Part shown: positions 46,100 to 57,275 of the stretch, piece by piece
Position numbering within the stretch: the first letter of the stretch is position 1
How the letters are laid out: each line of letters starts with the position of its first letter
Source of the DNA: Candidatus Acidiferrales bacterium
GTDB taxonomy: Bacteria; Acidobacteriota; Terriglobia; Acidiferrales; UBA7541
Length of the DNA stretch: 64,000 nucleotides
Assembly (NCBI GenBank): GCA_963780315.1
Contig: CAWABP010000027.1
Location: forward strand, 481 to 64,480
Reading direction: 5' to 3'
Notes under the pieces: model-generated
Told to the model about the DNA's origin: nothing
The model's database searches: none
The model's input: only the letters and a program-made list of their open reading frames with translations
Translations under genes and position numbers: made by a program

Positions 46100-48376
46100 A
46101 TGAGGCGAATGGCCGCTTTGTTCCTGGTCCTCGCAGCGATGGCGTGCTTGACGCTGGCACAACAGGGCGCCGGCTTGCACGGGACAGTGGCCGATTCGAC
46201 CGGATTGGCGATTGAGGGTGCGCAGATCGAGTATCGCTCACCTGACGGAACGATCTTGACGAAGACGGATGCAAGAGGAAGCTTCAGTATCGCGGAAACG
46301 GGGAAGGGCGGAAGTCTGCAAATCAGTTTTCCGGGATTTGCGACAGCGACGCTGGAGGTGAAGCCACACAGCACGGTGCAGAAAGTGCAGGTTGTGCTGA
46401 CGCCTGCGGCAAACATCGAGCGGTTGCAGGTGAAATCGAGCGTGGAGGACCGCATCCCAGCAGTGCCGACGAGCGAGTACGCGATTCCCGCGCAGCAGAT
46501 CGAAGTGGCGGGAAGCCTAGCGGTGGATGACGTGTTGAGAGAAGTGCCGGGATTCAGCACGTTTCGACGGTCGAGCAGTTTGTTTGCGAACCCCTCCTCG
46601 CAGGGAGTGTCGTTGAGAGGAGTGGGGGCGAGCGCAACTAGCCGTTCAAGCGTGCTGCTGGACGGGATTCCACTGAACGATCCGTTTGGCGGGTGGGTTT
46701 ACTTTGCGCGCGTGCCCCGGGCGGAGCTGGAATCGATGGAAGTGACGAACGGAGGCGCGTCCGATGTGTATGGGAACGGAGCGCTGGGAGGCGTAGTGAA
46801 TTTGCGCACGCGTTCGGCGGAGGAAACGCACGCGTCGGGAGAGGTGTCGTACGGAAGCATGAGCACGCCGGATGTATCGTTCGCTTTGGGAGGTCCCGTG
46901 GGCAACTGGAAGGTGGCGGTGGCGGGGCAGGCCTTGCGCACAGGTGGCTATGTTTTGGTGCCGGCGGATCAACGTGGAACCGTCGATACGGATGCGGGAA
47001 CAGCAGACTTATCCGGGGTGCTGGAAGTTTCTCGAAACCTGGGAGAGCAAGGAAGGTTCTTTGTGCGTGGAAGCGGCTTCGGCGAAAGCCGGAGGAATGG
47101 AACGCCGCTGCAGAGAAACGACACGACGATTCCGGAGGTGGACCTTGGACTGGACTGGTCGACGAGAGAGGCGGGAAGCTTTTCGGCGCGGTTATATGGA
47201 TCGACGGAGGGTTATCACCAGACGTTTTCGGCCGTGGCGGCGAACCGTAATTCTGAAACGCTGACCGATGTGCAGCGGAATCCCTCGCAGCAGATTGGCT
47301 TCGTGGGGACGTGGACGCGGCTTTTTGCAGAGAAACACAGAGTGGCGGCGGGAATTGAAGCGAATGATGTGCGGGGGCACAGCGAAGACACGAACTACCG
47401 GGCGGGTGCACCGTTCACGCTGGTGGATGCGGGCGGGCGGCAGCACAACTGGGGATTCTTCGCGCAGGATGCATACTTTTTTGCGCCGAAATGGCTGCTG
47501 ACATTTGGCGGGCGCGTGGACAGGTGGAACAACAACACCGGGTTTCAGAACAGCAAGCCGCTGACAACAGGGACGCCTACAGCGGATATGTTTACGAACC
47601 GATCAGAGCCGGCACTCAGCCCGCGAATGTCATTGCTGCGGAGCTTTTCGCATGGGTTGGCGGTTAGCGCTTCGGTGTACCGGGCGTTTCGCGCACCAAC
47701 GTTGAACGAACTGTACCGGAATTTTCGGGTGGGGAACGTGCTGACGCTGGCCAATCCGATTTTGACAGGCGAACATTTGACAGGCGGCGAAGCAGGGCTG
47801 AATTACCAGACGTGGGCAAACCGGCTGACGCTGCGCGGAAATTTTTTCTGGAGCGACATCGGAGAACCGGTGGCGAATGTGACTCTAACAAGCACGCCGG
47901 CGCTCATCACACGGCAGAAGGAAAACCTGGGAGCCACGCAAGCACGGGGATTTGAATTGTCTGGGCAGTGGCAGGTGCGGCCGCGACTGCAGATTTCGGC
48001 GAGCTATTTGTTTGTGGACGCTATTGTCTTGAATTATCCGAGCCCGCCCGCATTATTGCCACTGGATGGATTGCGGTTGCCGCAGGTGCCGCAGAATCAG
48101 TTCAGTTTTCAGTCCAGCTATATCGGTAAGAAGTGGAATGCCAGCCTGCAAGGCCGGTTTTCGGGGAATCAATTTGACGATGACTTGAACCAATCCGCGC
48201 TGGGGAGAGAGTTCTCGCTGGATGTGGAAGTGTCACGCGAGATTGCTAGGCGCACTTCGATTTTCGTGGCCGCGCAAAATTTGACGGATAACCGGTTCAA
48301 CGTGGCGGCGACGCCGGTGTTTACAGTGGGACCGCCGGTGTTTGTGCGCGGGGGAGTGCGGTTCCGGTGGCGGTAA
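46100..48376 (+). CDS. TonB-dependent receptor with a carboxypeptidase-regulatory-like N-domain
   Basis: Signal peptide MRRMAALFLVLAAMACLTLAQQ, GLHGTVADSTGLAIEGAQI (CarboxypepD_reg-like), plug block (MEVTNGGASDVYGNGALGGVVNL), C-terminal ..VRFRWR. Confidence 0.85.
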   Translation: MRRMAALFLVLAAMACLTLAQQGAGLHGTVADSTGLAIEGAQIEYRSPDGTILTKTDARGSFSIAETGKGGSLQISFPGFATATLEVKPHSTVQKVQVVLTPAANIERLQVKSSVEDRIPAVPTSEYAIPAQQIEVAGSLAVDDVLREVPGFSTFRRSSSLFANPSSQGVSLRGVGASATSRSSVLLDGIPLNDPFGGWVYFARVPRAELESMEVTNGGASDVYGNGALGGVVNLRTRSAEETHASGEVSYGSMSTPDVSFALGGPVGNWKVAVAGQALRTGGYVLVPADQRGTVDTDAGTADLSGVLEVSRNLGEQGRFFVRGSGFGESRRNGTPLQRNDTTIPEVDLGLDWSTREAGSFSARLYGSTEGYHQTFSAVAANRNSETLTDVQRNPSQQIGFVGTWTRLFAEKHRVAAGIEANDVRGHSEDTNYRAGAPFTLVDAGGRQHNWGFFAQDAYFFAPKWLLTFGGRVDRWNNNTGFQNSKPLTTGTPTADMFTNRSEPALSPRMSLLRSFSHGLAVSASVYRAFRAPTLNELYRNFRVGNVLTLANPILTGEHLTGGEAGLNYQTWANRLTLRGNFFWSDIGEPVANVTLTSTPALITRQKENLGATQARGFELSGQWQVRPRLQISASYLFVDAIVLNYPSPPALLPLDGLRLPQVPQNQFSFQSSYIGKKWNASLQGRFSGNQFDDDLNQSALGREFSLDVEVSREIARRTSIFVAAQNLTDNRFNVAATPVFTVGPPVFVRGGVRFRWR

Positions 48377-48468
48377 GGTGGAGGAGTCACGAGTGTGCGA
48401 GGAAAGCCGGTTCCCCGCTGCGCTCGGAATGACAGTCTCATTGCAGTGCTGAGTGTTGGGCGTGGAAA

Positions 48469-48487
48469 CTAGCCCAACTTCCACGCT
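48469..48487. repeat. Terminal inverted repeat of the IS (transposase 3' side)
   Basis: Exact reverse complement of about 50517-50535. Confidence 0.7.
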
Positions 48488-48526
48488 CGGCTGAGCGAAC
48501 TGCTTTGTTTGCAGGGAGTTGTCATT

Positions 48527-50380
48527 TTATTCCGTCACTATGTTTGCCGGGAGGTCATGCCAAGTCTTAACCGGCCTCATGATCTCCACCGGTATTCTGA
48601 GCGTCGAGTAAATCTCTTTGTGAATCGGTTCTGGGATACTGCTTTTGCGAATCTTGAGCACGCGTCCCTCCCGGGTTGGCAACACCACCGTGATTACCTC
48701 GTGCGTCCGCAGTTGTCCGCGCAGGGTCGCCCACGAGGTGTGCACGCCACGATCCAGGAATCTTTTTTCGATGGCCACTAGGAGATGGTAAGCCAGCACG
48801 CAGAGGAAGATGTGTGTTTGGGTGCGATGCTCGAGATGGTGGAAGATGGGCCGCTCGAGCAACGGACTCTTCATGGCCCGAAAAGCTCCCTCCACCCGCG
48901 TGAGCAGCATGTAGGTCCGCCAGATTTCCTCCGCCGTCAAGTCCTGCCGGTCGGTTTTCAGCACATAGCCGCCATCGAGTTTCTCGGCGATGGCTTTCTT
49001 CTCGCTGTTCTCTTCCCACCTGAGAGTTTTGCGCTCGGCGTCGTAGTCCATCCGGTAATAGCGGGCCACCCGCGGGTAGCGTTCCTTGAGCCGACCGATC
49101 GCCTGGTGGATTTTCTTCTCCTCTTGCAGCTGGCCCTTCTCCCTACGCGCTTGCAATTTCTCTAAATCTCTCTTCAAGCGTTGCTCGTGAGTTTCACGGA
49201 TGGCTCGGTCCTTCTCTTCGCGTCCCTCGCTTATGCACAGGATGTAGACCTCACTCCCCCGCTGGCAGCGCTTAATGCGCACCTGTGATTTTTTCTGATC
49301 GGGATTGCGCGGCGAGGGAATCCGAATGACTTCCTCCCAGTTGTCGCTCTGTTCGAACTCGGCCAACCAGGCATTCCGTTCCGACTGCCGGCTGGCCACC
49401 AAGTAGTGGTGTCCGTGCGCCCGGATTTGCTGCAAGTCTTCTTCGTACGCCATCCCGCGATCGACCACTACCGTCGAACCCGACTTCCGCCCCGTGCGTT
49501 TCTCCAAACTTTCCAACATCTCTTCCACCGTCGTGCGGTCCTGACGGTTGCCGTCGAAAACTTCATGTGCCTTGGGAAAGCCATCGCGATTCAGCACCAA
49601 GCCGATGAGCACCTGCTTGCAATCGGGCCGTTTATCTCGCGAGTAGCCGCGCTTGGCCTGCGGATTGTTCCCGGCTTCCCCTTCGAAGTACGTCGAGGTC
49701 AGATCGTAAAGGAAAAAAGTGTCGTCCAGATTGAATAGGGTCTTCTCGCTTTCCGCCAATTCGCGCTCGATCTGCTCCCGGTGAGGATGCAGTCGGTCCA
49801 GATTGCGATACAAGGCCTCATCACTCAGTAAGGAGAGCTTCGTTCCAAGCACATCGTCCAGGGCCGTGCGCTCCATCCAATCCGGCATGGCATGTTCGGA
49901 AAGCGGAAAGATCAGACGATTCAGCACCATCGCTTCACTCAGCAGACAGGCTCTGTCGGATAGTCCCGCACGCTGTAAGATTTCACCCAGCCCCAACTGC
50001 TGCCACATTTGATGGCCCACGTGCACGGTTCCGGCCTCACGGGGTTTTTCCATCGCCACACGGTCGACATCAACGATGATCGGAGATTCCAGCTCCATCG
50101 CTGATTTCTCCGCACCGGAGCGGCTTCTGCGTCCGCGGCGCGCCTGTTCCGTAAGGGTCTTGACGGGCGAGTCAACGGCGGAAAGAGCGCTCTGTCCCTG
50201 CAAGCTCTTCTCCACGCGATGAGCGAGTTCGAGCCATTGCTCGCGGGGTGCCGGGGCCAGACTTCCGAGCGAGCAGATGATGCGTTGGCGGGGCCCCTTG
50301 GGGGTGTGCAGGGATTCGACCAGCAGGTAGTTGGTGTAGCTTTTGCCCTTCCAAGTTTTGGTCGTTTTGCGGATGTACAC
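48527..50380 (-). CDS. IS1634-family (IS4-like DDE) transposase
   Basis: The N-terminus MYIRKTTKTWKGKSYTNYLLVESLHTPKGPRQRIICSLG is characteristic of IS1634-family transposases. 617 aa with DDE-type blocks (VVVDRGMAYEED.., YVLKTDRQDL). Confidence 0.9.
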   Translation of the reverse strand: MYIRKTTKTWKGKSYTNYLLVESLHTPKGPRQRIICSLGSLAPAPREQWLELAHRVEKSLQGQSALSAVDSPVKTLTEQARRGRRSRSGAEKSAMELESPIIVDVDRVAMEKPREAGTVHVGHQMWQQLGLGEILQRAGLSDRACLLSEAMVLNRLIFPLSEHAMPDWMERTALDDVLGTKLSLLSDEALYRNLDRLHPHREQIERELAESEKTLFNLDDTFFLYDLTSTYFEGEAGNNPQAKRGYSRDKRPDCKQVLIGLVLNRDGFPKAHEVFDGNRQDRTTVEEMLESLEKRTGRKSGSTVVVDRGMAYEEDLQQIRAHGHHYLVASRQSERNAWLAEFEQSDNWEEVIRIPSPRNPDQKKSQVRIKRCQRGSEVYILCISEGREEKDRAIRETHEQRLKRDLEKLQARREKGQLQEEKKIHQAIGRLKERYPRVARYYRMDYDAERKTLRWEENSEKKAIAEKLDGGYVLKTDRQDLTAEEIWRTYMLLTRVEGAFRAMKSPLLERPIFHHLEHRTQTHIFLCVLAYHLLVAIEKRFLDRGVHTSWATLRGQLRTHEVITVVLPTREGRVLKIRKSSIPEPIHKEIYSTLRIPVEIMRPVKTWHDLPANIVTE

Positions 50381-50516
50381 AGGACACTACATATAACAAC
50401 TGATGATCTACAGTCAAGCAGAATATTAACATCATTCGTCACTATTTACACGATTTAGCAACCGTCCGTTGAAAAGAAAAACCTTACCGGCCAACCAGGG
50501 GGAAATTTCGCTTCCT

Positions 50517-50535
50517 AGCGTGGAAGTTGGGCTAG
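50517..50535. repeat. Terminal inverted repeat of the IS (transposase 5' side)
   Basis: Exact reverse complement of 48469-48487. It contains the TAG stop of the adjacent yvcK-like CDS. Confidence 0.7.
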
Positions 50536-51569
50536 CGGCGGGAAGGGCGGAGTAGGAATTCGTCGACGAGGAGGCGCGCGAGGCGGGGAGAATTATGGCG
50601 GATGACCCCATGCTCTTCGAGGAGATTGTCGAGCAGGAGTTTTACCCTTAGGTTGGCGAGCTTATCGGCGTCAACCACGACGGCCTCTGCGTTCTGAGCA
50701 CGATAACGCCGCGCCACTTCGGGAGAGACGGGCTTGCGATTGGCGACAACCCAATCGATGACGCGCTTGCCCACATGTTTCTGAATGGCGCGCAAATGTT
50801 CACTGAGGGTGTAGTGGGTGGTTTCGCCGGGCTGCGTCATCAAATTGGCGACATAGACGCGCGGAGCTCTGGAACGGGCGATAGCGTGGGCAATTCCCGG
50901 GATCAACAGATTGGGAATGACGCTGGTGTAAAGAGACCCAGGTCCCATCAGAATGAGGTCGGCATTTTGAAGGGCTTCAATGGCTTTGGGAAGTGCTCGT
51001 ACGCTGCTGGGCACAAGCTGGATTTCACGGATGGGCACGCGGCTGCGGGAGATTTTCGTTTCGCCGCTGACGCGCTGGCCGTTGGCGAGTGTAGCAGTGA
51101 GCTGTACATTGGAAACCGTGGAAGGAAAGATACGGCCGCGGATGGCAAGAACTTTGCTGGAAACGTGAACGGCTTCTGCAAAATCGCCGGTGACGTGCGT
51201 GAGCGCGGCCAGGAACAAGTTGCCGAAATTGTGGCCGATGAGACCTCGGCCGGCGTGAAAGCGGTACTGGAAAAGGCGGCCAAGCAGCGCTTCATCTTTC
51301 GAAAGCGCGACCATGCAGTTGCGAATGTCGCCCGGAGGCAACATGCGATTTTCGCGGCGAAGGCGGCCCGAGCTGCCACCATCGTCGGTGACAGTGACAA
51401 TCGCAGTGAGGTCGGCGATGGGACGCTCGCGGGAGGCGTGGCGATCCGTGCGGAGAACAACGTGGTGTTTCAATCCGCGAAGCAAAGCGGAGAGGCCGGT
51501 GCCGCCGCCGAGCGCAACGACACGCAGACCGCGAGATTGTAGAGAGTTGTGCCGTCGAGAATTTTTCAC
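50532..51569 (-). CDS. YvcK/CofD-like (UPF0052, gluconeogenesis-factor family) protein
   Basis: VVALGGGTGLSALLRGLK and MGPGSLYTSVIPNLL motifs. A GTG at 51569 is proposed because the maximal ORF (to 51716) would overlap the upstream TPR gene by 92 nt. Confidence 0.8.
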   Translation of the reverse strand: MKNSRRHNSLQSRGLRVVALGGGTGLSALLRGLKHHVVLRTDRHASRERPIADLTAIVTVTDDGGSSGRLRRENRMLPPGDIRNCMVALSKDEALLGRLFQYRFHAGRGLIGHNFGNLFLAALTHVTGDFAEAVHVSSKVLAIRGRIFPSTVSNVQLTATLANGQRVSGETKISRSRVPIREIQLVPSSVRALPKAIEALQNADLILMGPGSLYTSVIPNLLIPGIAHAIARSRAPRVYVANLMTQPGETTHYTLSEHLRAIQKHVGKRVIDWVVANRKPVSPEVARRYRAQNAEAVVVDADKLANLRVKLLLDNLLEEHGVIRHNSPRLARLLVDEFLLRPSRR

Positions 51570-51624
51570 TTGAGGCTCGGTTTCCGAATGACGCGAGCGA
51601 GGCGACGATCCACTTGCGTAGAAA

Positions 51625-52257
51625 TTATCCCGTGTAGCCGTCTTTTTCAGGATACAGCAATTCAGTAAAGCGAGGATCTTCCTGGAGGAACGCAAAGTCC
51701 TCATCGTTACGGGCATGGTAACGATTGGAGGGGCGAAGTTCGATGGCGACTTTGAGATTGGCCATTGCGGAATCAGCTTCGCCAGTCAGGCAATCAAGTG
51801 CGGCCAGAGCGTAGTGGATGTGATCGGCTTTGGGAGCAAGCTTGCGGGCTCTGTCGAGGCTTTCGCGAGCCTCGTCCCAACGGCCCAGATTCATCATGGC
51901 GACACCGCGCTGGTAGTGTTCTTCGGGCGATTTGGGATTTTGTTCGGACAGTGGCTTCATGCGCTGCTCAGCAATTCGGAGATGGGTGCGAGCGCGGTCA
52001 GCCAGTTCCTTGCTGGGCCCGGCAAGAACCTTTTCGAGTTCCTGTTTGGCACGCTGGAATTTCTGCTGATGGAAGAGCACCATGGCCTCTTCATATATTT
52101 TCATCTGTGCTTGCACGAGGGGGTCAATCATTTCTACACCGCCGCGCTGCGGAGGGTGTTCCTGTAAGTTATTCTTTTTCTTAAGCTTAGACTGGGCGCT
52201 GGGCGAGGGTTTGCTCCTGCCGGATGAGCCCGAGGAGGATTTCTGGGGTTTCGCCAT
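51625..52257 (-). CDS. TPR-repeat protein with a basic Ser/Lys-rich N-terminus
   Basis: TPR-like helical repeats (YEEAMVLFHQQKFQRAKQELEKVL, HYQRGVAMMNLGRWDEARESLDRARKLAP, ALAALDCLTGEADSAMANLKVAIELRP). Confidence 0.75.
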   Translation of the reverse strand: MAKPQKSSSGSSGRSKPSPSAQSKLKKKNNLQEHPPQRGGVEMIDPLVQAQMKIYEEAMVLFHQQKFQRAKQELEKVLAGPSKELADRARTHLRIAEQRMKPLSEQNPKSPEEHYQRGVAMMNLGRWDEARESLDRARKLAPKADHIHYALAALDCLTGEADSAMANLKVAIELRPSNRYHARNDEDFAFLQEDPRFTELLYPEKDGYTG

Positions 52258-52492
52258 GGCGCGAATGTAGCAGAGGGATGCGCCTTCGTCAAACGGAAGT
52301 CAACGGGGTGAAAGTGTTGAGTTAGATAGTCTTTACCGACCGGGAGCATCTGCGAAAATAACTTTGGCTTGCTGGGCGCGGCTCGGCGAAACTAGGAACT
52401 GACATAAACAGAGAGCGGGCACGCTTGCGGAACAGTGGCCTGCCCTGCGTCCGTGTGTTATAAGTTTTAGACAGGATTCAGGTTGACGACTC

Positions 52493-53080
52493 GTGCCTTT
52501 CATCAATTTTCCTGCGCGCGAAATTAACTGCAAGCTGGTGTATTACGGTCCGGGCCTCGGTGGGAAGACCGCCAACCTGCAGTGGATCTACGACCACACA
52601 GGGCAAAACCTGAAGGGGAAGATGGTGTCCCTGGCCACGGAGACGGACCGGACGCTGTTCTTCGACTTTCTGCCGCTGGACTTGGGAACGGTGCGCGGGT
52701 TCAAAACGCGCTTTCACCTTTATACGGTACCCGGACAGGTGTTCTACGAGGCAAGCCGGAAGTTGATTTTGAAGGGAGCGGATGGCGTCGTGTTTGTAGC
52801 CGATTCCCAGGAAGAGCGACTGGATGCCAACTTCGAGACGTTGGACAACCTGCAGGAACATCTGAAAGAGCACAACCTGAACTTTGCAACGATCCCATAC
52901 GTACTGCAACTGAACAAGCGCGACCTCCCAAACGTGATGAGCGTGGAAGATTTGACCAAACACTTACAGAAGAAGGGCGAGCCAGTGATTGGAGGCGTGG
53001 CCATTCAGGGGCAGGGCGTGTTTGAGACGTTGAAGGAATTGGCGAAGCTGGTGCTGGCGGAGTTGAAGAAGGGCAGCTAG
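52493..53080 (+). CDS. mglA: MglA-type Ras-like small GTPase
   Basis: Near-collinear with Myxococcus MglA as I recall it: [16 protein letters not shown] (P-loop), [23 protein letters not shown] (MglA-specific TxxGQ in place of DxxGQ), QLNKRD. GTG start. Confidence 0.9.
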   Translation: MPFINFPAREINCKLVYYGPGLGGKTANLQWIYDHTGQNLKGKMVSLATETDRTLFFDFLPLDLGTVRGFKTRFHLYTVPGQVFYEASRKLILKGADGVVFVADSQEERLDANFETLDNLQEHLKEHNLNFATIPYVLQLNKRDLPNVMSVEDLTKHLQKKGEPVIGGVAIQGQGVFETLKELAKLVLAELKKGS

Positions 53081-53089
53081 GAACCAATC

Positions 53090-54022
53090 TCAATAAATTC
53101 GAAAATTTACTTCAAAAGATACAAGGGTCGGAACTGGCTTCCCTTCGTAAGTGGCCGGGCGGCACTTCCAGGTGGCCATAATCCTAAGCGCCGATGCATT
53201 CAATCCGTAGGGAGCCCCTGCCGAGATTCGAGTTTGTTTCACGGCGCCGTCCGAATCAACGATTGCTTCAGCTAGGATGACCCCGGAGAACTTAGCCTTT
53301 CGCGCCTCCTCGGTGTAGGACGGATTTGGCATATAAGAGCAGTAAGGCGCAGACATGCCCCTGGCATGAGGATCTCTATGGACTTTTTCCCCATCTACAG
53401 TAGCCGTCATTGGCTGGAGGGTGGGGAGCCCATTGGTGGGGTATAGGTCCACAGCCACGTCATCGACGGAGAGATTCACGTCGGCGCTAGGCCCAGCTCG
53501 CTTTTCGTCCTTGACGTTGAGGAAGTGGGCGGATAGTTCAATTGCATTCTTCCCGATCCTCTTTGTCGTTCCGACGAGAACAACATCCGCATGCAATCCC
53601 TTTGCAAGCCAGCGGGCGACCGGCACTGAATTTTGCAGTTGCGCAGGGATTCGCTCCCGTTCTAGCACTCCTTGCAACAGAGTACGATCAATCATCCGCT
53701 GGGATTTCTGCTGCTTGGCCATCTCCGAAGAGAGTTCATCCGCCAACTGCATGCTGTAGCGAGAGGTGTTGCCGTCGGGTAGGACAAAATTCATTACCAG
53801 AATCGTGCAATCCCCTTTGTGATACTTTGCTTTATCCGCATGATGAAATAGCTGACTGGCCAAATCTCGCAGGCTGGCAATTTCCGGAGGGGCAGTAGCA
53901 TTGGCGGACGGTCGCGCCTCTGAAAGCTGCTGCGCCGATTCCTCACCTGATATTGGGGAGAGCAGAACCAAACCAATAAGCAGGGAATAAGCGGAGAACT
54001 GCCAAAGTTCACGATTTCGCAT
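53090..54022 (-). CDS. Secreted protein with a C-terminal TonB_C (energy-transducer) domain
   Basis: Signal peptide. C-terminal ..YTEEARKAKFSGVILAEAIVDSDGAVKQTRISAGAPYGLNASALRIMATWKCRPATYEGKPV.. is TonB_C-like. The N-terminal half is unassigned. Confidence 0.6.
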   Translation of the reverse strand: MRNRELWQFSAYSLLIGLVLLSPISGEESAQQLSEARPSANATAPPEIASLRDLASQLFHHADKAKYHKGDCTILVMNFVLPDGNTSRYSMQLADELSSEMAKQQKSQRMIDRTLLQGVLERERIPAQLQNSVPVARWLAKGLHADVVLVGTTKRIGKNAIELSAHFLNVKDEKRAGPSADVNLSVDDVAVDLYPTNGLPTLQPMTATVDGEKVHRDPHARGMSAPYCSYMPNPSYTEEARKAKFSGVILAEAIVDSDGAVKQTRISAGAPYGLNASALRIMATWKCRPATYEGKPVPTLVSFEVNFRIY

Positions 54023-54095
54023 GATGTCGTGAGTCTAGCACAAGGTAAATTTGGAGAGAGGCAATCAGGACTTAAGAAAGCGAGGGCAGGGTCAA

Positions 54096-54446
54096 CTAAA
54101 ACCCCTGTGCATCGGCTTCGGATTCAAAGGTGGGGATGGCTTCGACGAGCCGTGTGACGGTGAGGGCATCGCGGACGCGGCCCTGGCCGATGACCAGGTG
54201 CAGGACGCCGCCAAGACGCGCAAGGGAAATGGAAAGTTTTACCAGGACTGAGATGCCGGAGCTGTCAATCTGCGGAATGTCGTCGAGATTGATGATGATT
54301 TTGCGCGCGCCCTGCTGCACCAGGTTCTGCACAAACTCGAGCAAACGTTCGCTGGGCTCACCGATGGTGAGGCGGCCATGCACCTCGACACAATGAATTC
54401 CGGCAGCTTCTCGCGCGGAGACTTCTAACGGTGGATGCAGGGTCAT
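54096..54446 (-). CDS. STAS-domain protein (anti-sigma-factor antagonist family)
   Basis: VEVHGRLTIGE..KIIINLDDIPQIDSSGISVLV is a typical SpoIIAA-like STAS pattern, including the conserved Ser. Confidence 0.8.
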   Translation of the reverse strand: MTLHPPLEVSAREAAGIHCVEVHGRLTIGEPSERLLEFVQNLVQQGARKIIINLDDIPQIDSSGISVLVKLSISLARLGGVLHLVIGQGRVRDALTVTRLVEAIPTFESEADAQGF

Positions 54447-54515
54447 GAGACTTTCCCCTCAGTCAATTTCAAGCGGCGTTGGTTCGCCGCAGGGCACTGG
54501 CGGCGTTCACGGCAG

Positions 54516-55301
54516 ATGCATTATACGATGATAGGCATGGAGTACAAATTAAGAGAAGCGTGCAAACGGCACTCGTGGAGAGTGGCCCCGGAACGGGCGA
54601 GGGCGATCCAGGAAGAGTTGCGAGAGGAATGGGAAGGCGAGGACCGCCTGCCGGAAATTCACACGGTGGCGGGGCTGGACGCATCCTTCGTGCTGACAGG
54701 TTCGCAATCGCTGAAGCCGCGCCCGAGCCGCTGGAACGCTTTACGCGACGCCAACCGGGCAATCGGGTGCGTGGTAGTTTTCCGGTTTCCGGAAATGGAA
54801 GAGATCGCGCGGGCGAGCGCCATTGTGCCGCTGCGTTTTCCGTACATTCCTGGGCTGCTGAGTTTCCGGGAGATTCCAGTGCTGCTGGCGGCTCTCGGTA
54901 AACTTAAAGAGATGCCCGATTTGTTGTTTTGCGACGGGCAAGGCTATGCGCATCCGCGGCGGTTCGGGCTGGCTTGTCATCTGGGATTGCTACTGGACCG
55001 GCCGACGATCGGCTGCGCGAAAAGTCTACTGATCGGAACGCATGGTGAACTGGAGTTGGCGGCGGGCAGTTGGGTGCCGTTGGTGGATGAAAAGGCGAAG
55101 AGCGAGCAGATTGGGGCGGTGGTGCGCACACGCTCTGGTGTGCGGCCGATCTATGTTTCGCAAGGCCACCGTGTGAGCTTGGAAACCGCCATGCGGCTCA
55201 CCCTGGAGGTAGCGGATGGTCTGCGTATTCCGCGCCCCACTCGAGCGGCCGATGCATTTGCGAGCGAAAGAAAACAAAGGTTCTTACGCCCGCATGCATA
55301 G
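54516..55301 (+). CDS. nfi: Endonuclease V (deoxyinosine 3' endonuclease)
   Basis: VAGLDASF, RFPYIPGLLSFREIP, CDGQGYAHPRRFGLACHLG, IGCAKS motifs. The start is uncertain (ATGs at 54516, 54528, 54537). Confidence 0.85.
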   Translation: MHYTMIGMEYKLREACKRHSWRVAPERARAIQEELREEWEGEDRLPEIHTVAGLDASFVLTGSQSLKPRPSRWNALRDANRAIGCVVVFRFPEMEEIARASAIVPLRFPYIPGLLSFREIPVLLAALGKLKEMPDLLFCDGQGYAHPRRFGLACHLGLLLDRPTIGCAKSLLIGTHGELELAAGSWVPLVDEKAKSEQIGAVVRTRSGVRPIYVSQGHRVSLETAMRLTLEVADGLRIPRPTRAADAFASERKQRFLRPHA

Positions 55302-55447
55302 GAAAAACGAATCGGGCTCAGCGAAATTTCGCACTGCTTGCATGCGGCAGGATGAGTATAATCAACGCGATACCGGGTAGGTCCCCAAAACAAGAAGCGA
55401 GAGACCCTGAGCAGCCTGCATTCCATTTTTTCGCAGCGGAGAATTCG

Positions 55448-57273
<1,826 letters not shown>

Positions 57274-57275
57274 GC

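Larger units (their letters stand above)
48469..50535 (-). mobile_element. IS1634-family insertion sequence (about 2.07 kb) bounded by 19-bp perfect inverted repeats
   Basis: IRs CTAGCCCAACTTCCACGCT (48469-48487) and AGCGTGGAAGTTGGGCTAG (about 50517-50535) enclose a single transposase ORF. Confidence 0.75.

Noticed and set aside
51570-51716. Upstream extension of the yvcK-like ORF
   Set aside because: It overlaps the 3' end of the TPR gene by 92 nt, and the extra residues precede the conserved GGGTGLS start of the family. An internal GTG is more plausible, though not proven.
52258-52492. Possible hidden mglB upstream of mglA
   Set aside because: The gap is 235 nt with no ORF of adequate length (MglB is about 130-160 aa), and no Roadblock-like sequence is visible in any frame.
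55328-55342. Sigma-54-like element (..CGCACTGCTTGCAT..) upstream of amtB
   Set aside because: It lacks the GG dinucleotide, and the spacing to the GC element is about 2 nt too short for the TGGCAC-N5-TTGC consensus.
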